Positions 37,862 to 49,280 of a stretch of DNA of 64,000 nucleotides are shown here, piece by piece. The position numbers and the translations under genes were made by a program. Numbering within the stretch: position 1 is the first letter of the stretch; each line of letters begins with the position of its first letter. This DNA comes from Oikopleura dioica. Its lineage: Eukaryota > Animalia > Chordata. The notes beneath the pieces were generated by a model, which was given only the letters and a program-made list of their open reading frames with translations, was not told the origin of the DNA and searched no databases. The DNA is taken from the NCBI GenBank assembly GCA_907165135.1, contig CAJRAX010000007.1:1-64000 (forward strand), written 5' to 3'.

Positions 37862-38862
37862 GACATCTGTTGCTTCAGCGGGCAGACGGATTTCAGGTGA
37901 CCGATTTGATCGCAGAGATGACATTTTCGTGTGCAAGTTCCTCTGCATTCGTTTGTCGGATGATTGAAAAGTCCACATTTCTGGCAGAATTCTCTTCTTT
38001 CGCGTCCGCTTGGTTCAATCTGGTTGCGCATGAATTTCGATGCTGTTTGAAGGTGTTCAATTTGTTCTTGGCTTCTTTTCTCGCTATTTTTGTGATTAAC
38101 CGTTACTTTTTTAATTTCAGAGATCTCGTCTCTTAAATTAGAGAATTGACGGCTAATCTGGCTTGTAAGTTCTTCAATTTGATTACGGAGAATGTCCTCT
38201 GTGATCGAAACCGCATGGATTTCGACTTTCTTCTTGTACTTCTCTCTTTTGTCTAAAAAGGCCGCTTTCTCCTTGATTTCGCAGTTGTTCTTGTCGTGAT
38301 CCAGAAGAAACCGTTTGATTTCTGGCGAGATATTAGAATTGAACGTTTTTTTGATAAAATATTCCTTAAGGTCAGACTTATTGTCGCTTGCTTTTTCCGC
38401 AAGGTATTCAATTCTGTCATAAAAGCGGGCAAAGGTTTCTTCATCATTTGCCCAACGGGAAATCTCTTGTAGTTTCTTTTCTGCTTCTCGTGCTTCTTCT
38501 TTTGGTGAGACGGTTCCGATAATTTGTTCAAGAAGGCGAAAAAAATCCGTTGAGCCTGTGACTCTCTCAAGTTCGTCAGAGTAGCGCTTACGGAAGTCAT
38601 CTGAAAGGAGTTGGATGCAAAGATCTTTTCTTACCGCTTTAAATTCGTTCCTGAAGGTTGTCATTTCTGGTTCTTTGATTTCGTGTATTTTGATCGATCG
38701 TTCCCAGATTATTTTCATGCGGTCGTTTTTTCTGTTGAATGCGGTTTTGACAGTGCTCAATTCTCTTTTTGTAGTTTTTGCTGTTATCTTCATTGGCACT
38801 GTGTAATTCTCTTCGAAATCTTCCAGAAGTTCAATGGGGTGTCTCATCGTGTGGGTCGCCAT
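37852..38862 (-). CDS. gag: E1 Gag
   Basis: 336 aa, coiled-coil region, two CCHC knuckles (CQKCGLFNHPTNEC, CHLCDQIGHLKSVC), directly after the LTR. Confidence 0.92.
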   Translation of the reverse strand: MATHTMRHPIELLEDFEENYTVPMKITAKTTKRELSTVKTAFNRKNDRMKIIWERSIKIHEIKEPEMTTFRNEFKAVRKDLCIQLLSDDFRKRYSDELERVTGSTDFFRLLEQIIGTVSPKEEAREAEKKLQEISRWANDEETFARFYDRIEYLAEKASDNKSDLKEYFIKKTFNSNISPEIKRFLLDHDKNNCEIKEKAAFLDKREKYKKKVEIHAVSITEDILRNQIEELTSQISRQFSNLRDEISEIKKVTVNHKNSEKRSQEQIEHLQTASKFMRNQIEPSGRERREFCQKCGLFNHPTNECRGTCTRKCHLCDQIGHLKSVCPLKQQMSKN

Positions 38863-39378
38863 GATATGTTTTCCTGCTTATGCTTTTCTTTTTGCAATTT
38901 TACTGACTCCAAATAATTACTTTGCTAGAGATTGTGTGTATTGAAAAGAGTCCTTTTTACAGGTGATACAGGGCTTAAATAGGATAAAGATTTTTTGCGC
39001 CATCTGATGTCGTTTTCCGTGAAATTGTCGCTCGCACTGCTTGGCTCGGCATAACCAGCTGCGGAAAAACATCTGTTTCGCAGGTTTCTGGAACATCAGA
39101 TTGCATGGTTCGGCGGTTTCTTTACAGGTTGATTTTACGGATTTCGCATGTTTCTTGTCGGATAAGGTCGATAAGCGGATAAGGAGTAACAGGTGATTTG
39201 CGGTATTTACAAAAGAGACGACTATTGCTAGAAAAGAGACGATTTAAGCCAGGAAAGAGTCTCTTTTTAGCAAGATAGGTGACTCTTTTAGTGGAAAGGA
39301 GACGATCTCGGTCGGTCGATATTGCTGGTGCTGAAATTCAAAAGACAATTTTTGAGGTTACTTATGCATATCGTGTCA
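38862..39378 (-). repeat. E1 5' LTR (517 bp), followed by PBS TGGCGACCC (38853-38861)
   Basis: Minus strand starts TGACACG at the satellite junction and ends CATATCA immediately before TGG; duplicated at 30826-31258. Confidence 0.85.
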
Positions 39379-42300
39379 TTTTTTGAACTGTTAATCATCT
39401 GAAAACGCCGAAAAACGCATCAGAATTTTTCTTAATTTTTTTCGATTTTTTTGAGCTGTAAATTATCTGAAAACGCCAAAAAACGCATCAGAATTTTTTT
39501 TAATTTTTTTTATATTTTTATGAACTGTAAATCATCTGAAAATGCCAAAAAACGCATCAGAATTTTTTTTTAATTTTTTTTTGTATTTTTATGAACTGTT
39601 AATCATCTAAAAACGCCAAAAAACGCATCAGAATTTTTCTTAATTTTTTTCGATTTTTTACTGTCAATTATCTGAAAACGCCAAAAATGCATCAGAATTT
39701 CTATTAATTTTTTATTTTTATGAATTGTAAATCATCTAATACGGCAAAAACGCATCAGAATTTTTCACAATTTTTTGTTTATTTCTATGAACTGTAAATC
39801 ATCTCAAAACGCTCAAAATGGCATCAGAATTTTTCTTTATTTTTTTATTATTTTTATGAACTGTAAATCATCTGAAAACGCAAAACAACGCATCAGAATT
39901 TTGATTAATTTTTTTTTTATTTTTATGAACTGTAAATCATCTGAAAACGCAAAAAAACGCATCAGAATTTTTCTTTATTTTTTTATTATTTTTATGAACT
40001 GTAAATCATCTGAAAACTCAAAAAAACGCATCAGAATTTTTATTTATTTATTTTTATTTTTATGAACTGTAAATCATCTGAAAACGCAAAAAAACGCATC
40101 AGAATTTTTCTTAATTTTTTTCGATTTTTTTGAACTGTTAATTATCTGAAAACGCCAAAAAACGCATCAGAATTTTTTTTAATTTTTTTTTTTTATTTTT
40201 ATGAATTGTAAATCATCTGAAAACGCCAAAAAACGCATCAGAATTTTTTTTAATTTTTTTTTTTATTTTTATGAATTGTACATCATCTGAAAACGCCAAA
40301 AAACGCATCAGAATTTTTCTTAATTTTTTTTGATTTTTTGAACTGTTAATTATCTAAAAACGCCAAAAAACGCATCAGAAATTTTTTTTAATTTTTGTTT
40401 TTATTTTTTTGAACTGTAAATCATCTGAAAACGCCAAAAAACGCATCAGAATTTTTCTTAATTTTTTTCGATTTTTTTGAGATGTAAATTATCTAAAACG
40501 CCAAAAAACGCATCAGAATTTTTCTAAATTTTTTTCGATTTTTTTGAACTGTAAATCATCTGAAAACGCCAAAAAACGCATCAGAATTTTTTTTAATTTT
40601 TTTTTTATTTATATGAATTGTAAATCATCTGAAAACGCCAAAAAACGCATCAGAATTTTTCTTAATTTTTTTCTATTTTTTTGAACTGTAAATCATCTGA
40701 AAATGCCAAAAAACGCATCAGAATTTTTCTTAATTTTTTTCGATTTTTTTGAACTGTAAATCATCTGAAAACGCCAAAAAACGCATCAGAATTTTTTTTT
40801 AATTTTTTTTTTATTTTTATGAACTGTAAATCATCTGAAAACGCAAAAAAACGCATCAGAATTAATTTTTATTTTTTTTTTATTTTTATGAACTGTAAAT
40901 CATCTGAAAACGCCAAAAAACGCATCAGAATTTTTTTAATTTTTTTTGTTTATTTTTATGAACTGTAAATTATCTGAAAACGCCAAAAAACGCATCAGAA
41001 TTTTTTTTAATTTTTTTTTATTTTTATGAACTGTTAATCATCTAAAAACGCCAAAAAACGCATCAGAATTTTTCTTAATTTTTTCGATTTTTTTAAACTG
41101 TCAATTATCTGAAAACGCCAAAAAATGCATCAGAATTTTTATTAATTTTTTATTTTTATGAATTGTAAATCATCTAATACGGCAAAAAACGCATCAGAAT
41201 TTTTCTCAATTTTTTATTTTTATGAACTGTAAATCATCTGAAAACGCCAAAAACGCATCAGAATTTTTTTATTTTTTTATTTTTATGAACTGTAAATCAT
41301 CTGAAAACGCCAAAAACGCATCAGAATTTTTTTTAATTTTTTTCGATTTTTTTGAACTGTAAATTATCTGAAAACGCAAAAAAACGCATCAGAATTTCTA
41401 TTAATTTTTTATTATATTTTTATGAACTGTAAATCATCTGAAAATGCCAAAAAACGCATCAGAATTTTTTCAATTTTTTTTTTTATGAACTGTAAATCAT
41501 CTGAAAACGCCAAAAACGCATCAGAATTTTTCTTAATTTTTTTTATTTTTTGAACTGTAAATCATCTGAAAACGCCAAAAAACGCATCAGAATTTTTTAA
41601 TTTTTTTATTTTTATGAACTGTAAATCATCTGAAAACGCCAAAAACGCATCAGAATTTTTTTATTTTTTATTTTTATGAACTGTAAATCATCTGAAAACG
41701 CCAAAAACGCATCAGAATTTTTTAATTTTTTATTTTTATGAACTGTAAATTATCTGAAAACGCCAAAAAACGTATCAGAATTTTTTTTAATTTTTTTTTA
41801 AATTTTTATGAACTGTTAATCATCTTAAAACGCCAAAAAACGCATCAGAATTTTTTAATTTTTTATGAACTGTAAATTATCTAAAAACGCCAAAAAACGC
41901 ATCAGAATTTTTTTTAATTTTTTTTTTTGTTTTTATGAACTGTAAATCATCTGAAAACGCCAAAAAACGCATTAGAATTTTTCTTAATTTTTTTTTTTTT
42001 TTTTGAAATGTAAATCATCTGAAAATGCCAAAAAACGCATCAGAATTTTTCTTAATTTTTTCGATTTTTTGAACTGTAAATCATCTGAGAACGCCAAAAA
42101 CGCATCAGAATTTTTTCAATTTTTTATTTTTATGAACTGTAAATCATCTGAAAACGCCAAAAAACGCATCAGAATTTTTTTATTTTTATGAACTGTAAAT
42201 CATCTGAAAACGCCAAAAACGCATCAGAATTTTTTAATTTTTTATTTTTATGAACTGTAAATTATCTGAAAACGCCAAAAAACGCATCAGAATTTTTTTT

Positions 42301-45300
42301 ATTTTTTTTTCATTTTTATGAACTGTAAATCATCTAAAAACGCCAAAAAACGCATCAGAATTTTTCTTAATTTTTTTCGATTTTTTTAAACTGTCAATTA
42401 TCTGAAAACGCCAAAAAATGCATCAGAATTTTTATTAATTTTTTTTTTATTTTTATGAATTGTAAATCATCTAATACGGCAAAAAACGCATCAGAATTTT
42501 TCTCCATTTTTTTTGTTATTTTTATGAACTGTAAATCATCTGAAAACGCAAAACAACGCATCAGAATTTTTATTAATTTTTTTTTTATTTTTATGAACTG
42601 TAAATCATCTGAAAACGCCAAAAAACGCATCAGAATTTTTTTTAATTTTTTTTTTTATTTTTATGAACTGTAAATCATCTTAAAACGCCAAAAAACGCAT
42701 CAGAATTTTTCTTAATTTTTTTTTATTTTTTTGAACTGTAAATCATCTGAAAATGCCAAAAAACGCATCAGAATTTTTCTTAATTTTTTTCGATTTTTTT
42801 GAACTGTAAATCATCTGAAAACGCCAAAAAACGCATCAGAATTTTTCTTAATTTTTTTTTATTTTTTTGAACTGTAAATCATCTGAAAATGCCAAAAAAC
42901 GCATCAGAAATTTTCTTAATTTTTTTCGATTTTTTTGAACTGTAAATTATCTGAAAACGCCAAGAAACGCATAAGAATTTTTTTTAATTTTTTTTTTTTA
43001 TTTTTATGAACTGTAAATCATCTGAAAACGCCAAAAAACGCATCAGAATTTTTTTAATTTTTTTTATATTTTTATGAACTGTAAATCATCTAAAAACGCC
43101 AAAAAACGCATCAGAATTTTTCTTAATTTTTTTTTATTTTTTTGAACTGTAAATCATCTGAAAATGCCAAAAAACGCATCAGAAATTTTCTTAATTTTTT
43201 TCGATTTTTTTGAACTGTAAATTATCTGAAAACGCCAAGAAACGCATAAGAATTTTTTTTTTTTTTTATTTTTATGAACTGAAAATCATCTGAAAACGCC
43301 AAAAAATGCATCAGAATTTTTCTTTATTTTTTTTGATTTTTGAACTGTTAATTATCATAGAACGCCAAAAAACGCATCAGAATTTTTTTTTAATTTTTGT
43401 TTTTATTTTTTTGAACTGTAAATCATCTGAAAACGCCGAAAAACGCATCAGAATTTTTCTTAATTTTTTTCGATTTTTTTGAGCTGTAAATTATCTGAAA
43501 ACGCCAAAAAACGCATCAGAATTTTTTTTAATTTTTTTTATATTTTTATGAACTGTAAATCATCTAAAAACGCCAAAAAACGCATCAGAATTTTTATTGT
43601 TTTTTTTATTTTTATGAACTGTTAATCATCTGAAAACGCCAAAAAACGCATCAGAATTTATTTTTTTTTTTATTTTTATGAACTGTAAATCATCTTAAAA
43701 CGCCAAAAAACGCATCAGAATTTTTTTTTATTTTTTTTTTCTATTTTTATGAACTGTAAATCATCTGTAAACGCCAAAAAATGCATCAGAATTTTTCTTA
43801 ATTTTTTTCGATTTTTTGAACTGGAAATTATCTGAAAACGCCAAAAAACGCATCAGAATTTTTATTAATTTTTTTTTTTATTTTTATGAACTGTAAATTA
43901 TCTGAAAACGCCAAAAAACGCATCAGAATTTTTTTAATTTTTTATTTTTATGAACTGTAAATCATCTAAAAACGCCAAAAACGCATCAGAATTTTTCTTA
44001 ATTTTTTCGATTTTTTAAACTGTCAATTATCTGAAAACGCCAAAAATGCATCAGAATTTTTATTATTTTTTTTTATTTTTATGAATTGTAAATCATCTAA
44101 TACGGCAAAAACGCATCAGAATTTTTCTCAATTTTTTGTTTATTTCTATGAACTGTTAATCATCTGAAAACGCCAAAAAACGCATCAGAATTTTTTTTAA
44201 TTTTTTGTATTTTTATGAACTGTTAATCATCTAAAAACGCCAAAAAACGCATCAGAATTTTTCTTAAATTTTTTCGATTTTTTTTACTGTCAATTATCTG
44301 AAAACGCCAAAAAATGCATCAGAATTTCTATTTATTTTCTTTTTATTTTTATGAATTGTAAATCATCTAATACGGCAAAAAACGCATCAGAATTTTTCAC
44401 AATTTTTTTGTTTATTTCTATGAACTGTAAATCATCTGAAAACGCTCAAAATGGCATCAGAATTTTTCTTTATTTTTTTATTATTTTTATGAACTGTAAA
44501 TCATCTGAAAACGCAAAACAACGCATCAGAATTTTGATTAATTTTTTTTTTATTTTTATGAACTGTAAATCATCTGAAAACGCAAAAAAACGCATCAGAA
44601 TTTTTCTTTATTTTTTTTATTATTTTTATGAACTGTAAATCATCTGTAAACGCAAAAAAACGCATCAGAATTTTTATTTATTTATTTTTATTTTAATGAA
44701 CTGTAAATCATCTGAAAACGCCAAAAAACGCATCAGAATTTTTCTTAATTTTTTTTATATTTTTATGAACTGTAAATCATCTGAAAATGCCAAAAAACGC
44801 ATCAGAATTTTTTTTTAATTTTTTTTTGTATTTTTATGAACTGTTAATCATCTAAAAACGCCAAAAAACGCATCAGAATTTTTCTTAATTTTTTTCGATT
44901 TTTTTTTTACTGTCAATTATCTGAAAACGCCAAAAAATGCATCAGAATTTCTATTAATTTTTTTTTTATTTTTATGAATTGTAAATCATCTAATACGGCA
45001 AAAAACGCATCAGAATTTTTCACAATTTTTTTGTTTATTTCTATGAACTGTAAATCATCTCAAAACGCTCAAAATGGCATCAGAATTTTTCTTTATTTTT
45101 TTATTATTTTTATGAACTGTAAATCATCTGAAAACGCAAAACAACGCATCAGAATTTTGATTAATTTTTTTTTTATTTTTATGAACTGTAAATCATCTGA
45201 AAACGCAAAAAAACGCATCAGAATTTTTCTTTATTTTTTTATTATTTTTATGAACTGTAAATCATCTGAAAACTCAAAAAAACGCATCAGAATTTTTATT

Positions 45301-46933
45301 TATTTATTTTTATTTTTATGAACTGTAAATCATCTGAAAACGCCAAAAAACGCATCAGAATTTTTCTTAATTTTTTTCGATTTTTTTGAACTGTTAATTA
45401 TCTGAAAACGCCAAAAAACGCATCAGAATTTTTTTAATTTTTTATTTTTATGAATTGTAAATCATCTGAAAACGCCAAAAAACGCATCAGAATTTTTTTA
45501 ATTTTTTTTTTTTATGAATTGTACATCATCTGAAAACGCCAAAAACGCATCAGAATTTTTCTTAATTTTTTGATTTTTGAACTGTTAATTATCTAAAAAC
45601 GCCAAAAAACGCATCAGAAATTTTTTAATTTTTGTTTTTATTTTTTGAACTGTAAATCATCTGAAAACGCCAAAAACGCATCAGAATTTTTCTTAATTTT
45701 TTCGATTTTTTGAGATGTAAATTATCTAAAACGCCAAAAACGCATCAGAATTTTTCTAAATTTTTTTCGATTTTTTGAACTGTAAATCATCTGAAAACGC
45801 CAAAAAACGCATCAGAATTTTTTTTAATTTTTTTTTTATTTATATGAATTGTAAATCATCTGAAAACGCCAAAAAACGCATCAGAATTTTTCTTAATTTT
45901 TTTCTATTTTTTTGAACTGTAAATCATCTGAAAATGCCAAAAAACGCATCAGAATTTTTCTTAATTTTTTTCGATTTTTTTGAACTGTAAATCATCTGAA
46001 AACGCCAAAAAACGCATCAGAATTTTTTTAAATTTTTTTTTTATTTTTATGAACTGTAAATCATCTGAAAACGCAAAAAACGCATCAGAATTTTGATTAA
46101 TTATTTTTTTATTTTTATGAACTGTAAATCATCTGAAAACGCCAAAAACGCATCAGAATTTTTTAATTTTTTGTTTATTTTTATGAACTGTAAATTATCT
46201 GAAAACGCCAAAAAACGCATCAGAATTTTTTAATTTTTTATTTTTATGAACTGTTAATCATCTAAAAACGCCAAAAACGCATCAGAATTTTTCTTAATTT
46301 TTTCGATTTTTTAAACTGTCAATTATCTGAAAACGCCAAAAAATGCATCAGAATTTTTATTAATTTTTTTTTATTTTTATGAATTGTAAATCATCTAATA
46401 CGGCAAAAAACGCATCAGAATTTTTCTCAATTTTTTTTTTATTTTTATGAACTGTAAATCATCTGAAAACGCCAAAAAACGCATCAGAATTTTTTTTTAT
46501 TTTTTTTTTTATTTTTATGAACTGTAAATCATCTGAAAACGCCAAAAAACGCATCAGAATTTTTTTTAATTTTTTTCGATTTTTTTGAACTGTAAATTAT
46601 CTGAAAACGCAAAAAAACGCATCAGAATTTCTATTAATTTTTTATTATATTTTTATGAACTGTAAATCATCTGAAAATGCCAAAAAACGCATCAGAATTT
46701 TTTCAATTTTTTTTTTTTTTTATGAACTGTAAATCATCTGAAAACGCCAAAAACGCATCAGAATTTTTTTTAATTTTTTTTTTTTTTTTTGAACTGTAAA
46801 TCATCTGAAAACGCCAAAAAACGCATCAGAATTTTTTAATTTTTTTTTATTTTTATGAACTGTAAATCATCTGAAAACGCCAAAAAACGCATCAGAATTT
46901 TTTTTTATTTTTTTTTTATTTTTATGAACTGTA
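39379..46933. repeat. Satellite array, block 3 (part of a ~5.2-kb higher-order repeat)
   Basis: Same monomer; variant cgctcaaaatggc; segment near 39775 recurs near 44974. Confidence 0.97.
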
Positions 46934-48136
46934 TGATATCCTTAGGGAACAACGCCTCAAGCCAAATAAAAAATTTTTATTTCACGGCCAAATATTTACG
47001 CCAATTCGGTTCTACGTTAGTTTAAATTTGTCTTGTCAGCTTGGTATCACCAAATTGATCAGACATATTTGCAAAAATCATTTCACGATATTCTACTTAA
47101 AATGAAAAGATGGTCAGTTTTAACGAGCCAGATTGACCCAAAATTGTCTTATCATCATGTCATCTCCTTACGATCTATACGTTCTATCATTGGAATGCTC
47201 ATATGCTCTCATCATAATACTTTTCTAGTGCAATCTGATGTCAATTCATCCAAAAATATGCTATTTGCAAAACTGCATGTTTAATCTATTTATCGATATT
47301 TCTTATCATTGCTTTGCGATTTTAAAGTTCGATTATTGACAGTGCATACGATTCAACTTCTACAACAAGAAAGTCGTCAACATCTTCTTCAACAACAACT
47401 ACTCCAACGAGCCGATAAACCGTCGTATCATCTCGGTGCCGTGGGGTCGGACAAACTCTATGTCAGGGCGTCCGCTTGTCGCAAATTAGCTCATCCGTAA
47501 GAGAAGATACGGTGCGAACCGCGACAGTAACTTCCCCCGGGTATGTTCCTTGGAATTTGCTTCTTCTGTGATTTCAATTTTGATAAATTCATTTTATAAA
47601 ATCCTGACCAAATTTTATTCAATTTATTTGTTAAAATTTTGTATATATTCTTTTACTTTTCTCATCCTTTTTTATTTCAACCATAATTAACAGTCACTTC
47701 TACGGTCACATAGTGAGAAGTTTAAGTGGCTGTTATTATTTTCTGCTTTTATTTTGAAAAAATTAATTTGCGTTTTATCTCGTCACGCGCGGCGCCGGCT
47801 CCCGAAACCTTTGAAAATAACTTGCTTGGCAAGTTCGATCAGCTCGTCTTCCGAAAAGAAATCGATCCGAAAGGATTTCCCGCAAGAAAAACCGCTAAAG
47901 AAAGCCACGGGCTCTCTTCCTTGTTTTCAAAAGAAAAATTGTTTTTCAAAAACAACCGCTTGTTCAAAAACACTGATCAAATCTCGCTGCTATTTAACCC
48001 CGCGTCGCGCCTTTTTCAGTCATTCAAATCACAAATAAAACCACGCAAATTTAAAATTTGATTCTCGTTATTTTGGCTTGGCATTCTAGAGTTAGAGATC
48101 GAGCAAAATTCTTGCAGGACAGCCGCTTCCGTATCA
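46934..48136 (+). repeat. E2 5' LTR (1203 bp)
   Basis: TGATA...TATCA termini; AATAAA near 48034; followed by PBS TGGTGACCCC (48137-48146, tRNA-Trp-like). Confidence 0.95.
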
Positions 48137-49245
48137 TGGTGACCCCAACTCCTGAAGAGGTACTGTACAAGAGTCATGCGCTTTTTTCGGTTTCCCCAAA
48201 TCAGATGATTAGATTAGGAATGAGAAATTTCGAATTCAATTTGATTAATTCTACAATTAAAGACAAATTACAGCGTGCAAAATGGATTTTTGAAAAATCT
48301 CTGGCGGAAAATAAACCCGAAAACAAAGAGGACCTCGAGGCTCAATTTTCGCGCCTTTCAAGCTCTTTTGTTTATAATTCATGCGAGCCGGAATTTCTTA
48401 GGGAATACGGGGAAGATCTTTATGGATTTGAATCAGCTGAGGAAAAATTGTCTTTTTTGACGTCTGTTTTTGGCGACGAATCGCCCGAGGAAAAGATCCT
48501 TCGAAACAAAGAAAAAATGGAAAATCTCACCCGAAAGAGCGAGAACAATGAAAAATTCGAGATATTTTTGTCACGTGTTAAAACTGTCGCGGAGAAAATT
48601 ACGCAGAAACCGGACGCGAGAGAATACATTATCGACGCGCAATTTAGAAAATCGCTCACGCCTGAACTGCAGAATTTTCTTCGCGATCAGTGTATGCTTG
48701 AAAAAACACCCGAGGAAATATCCAAATTTCTTGACAAAAGAAAACGAAATGAGACTATCCCCAAAATTGCCCAAATCGAAATTGACGCGAAACTTGGCTC
48801 GTTTTTCCAGTCGACTTCCGACTTAATTTCAAAATCGACAATGTCCTTTGAGGATCAAATTTCTCAATTGAAAATTGAACAGAAAAAATCAGAAGAGGCG
48901 GCGGAAAAACGGGCGAGTGCGCTTCATGATCAAATTGAAAAACTAACGGCAACAATTGCAAAATTAGAAGTTGATCGCCGCAACGATCAGAGTTTGACGC
49001 GTCAAAATAACCAGCAACGGAATTTTCAAAGTCGAAATTTGGGCGCGCCAAACCCGGATCGGCCAAGGCCTCGACGATTTTGTGGATTTTGTAACACAGA
49101 CACTCATTTTAGATCGCATTGCCCCTTTATTACCTGTCATTTTTGTCAGAAAAAAGGCCACATGAAAACAGCTTGCCCCGATAATCCCGATAGAATTTAC
49201 AGAGCTGCTCGGGTCGAGGGAGAAGAAACTTCAAAAAACGAGTAA
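48136..49245 (+). CDS. gag: E2 Gag (probable ATG at 48136)
   Basis: Open frame with coiled coil and two CCHC knuckles (CGFCNTDTHFRSHC, CHFCQKKGHMKTAC). The ORF-track start at 48058 is a TTG inside the LTR. Confidence 0.9.
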   Translation: MVTPTPEEVLYKSHALFSVSPNQMIRLGMRNFEFNLINSTIKDKLQRAKWIFEKSLAENKPENKEDLEAQFSRLSSSFVYNSCEPEFLREYGEDLYGFESAEEKLSFLTSVFGDESPEEKILRNKEKMENLTRKSENNEKFEIFLSRVKTVAEKITQKPDAREYIIDAQFRKSLTPELQNFLRDQCMLEKTPEEISKFLDKRKRNETIPKIAQIEIDAKLGSFFQSTSDLISKSTMSFEDQISQLKIEQKKSEEAAEKRASALHDQIEKLTATIAKLEVDRRNDQSLTRQNNQQRNFQSRNLGAPNPDRPRPRRFCGFCNTDTHFRSHCPFITCHFCQKKGHMKTACPDNPDRIYRAARVEGEETSKNE

Positions 49246-49280
49246 ATGGAACTGAAAGCCCTGGTCAGGCACCAGTTCCA
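49233..49280 (+). other. E2 gag-pol -1 ribosomal frameshift signal
   Basis: A AAA AAC heptamer (49233-49239), 7-nt spacer, 8-bp stem TGGAACTG/CAGTTCCA (49247-49280). The -1 frame is open into the protease. Confidence 0.82.

Larger units (their letters stand above)
29874..39378 (-). mobile_element. E1: env-bearing Ty3/gypsy LTR retrotransposon (LTR-gag-pol-env-LTR) followed by a partial head-to-tail second copy
   Basis: LTRs at 38862-39378 and 30826-31258; gag, pol and env ORFs between them; 29874-30826 duplicates 37909-38862. Confidence 0.95.

Noticed and set aside
30217-38916. Antisense and alternate-frame ORFs overlapping gag, pol and env
   Set aside because: Shadow ORFs of long coding regions with no independent features.
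38997-39002. Alternative E1 PBS (CATCA-GA-TGGCGC on the minus strand)
   Set aside because: Complementarity to a tRNA end stops after ~6 nt; the junction at 38862 fits better and parallels E2.
47033-48061. ORFs inside the E2 LTR (83, 63, 111 and 94 aa) and their 3' LTR twins
   Set aside because: Mostly TTG starts, no motifs; identity between copies only reflects LTR identity.
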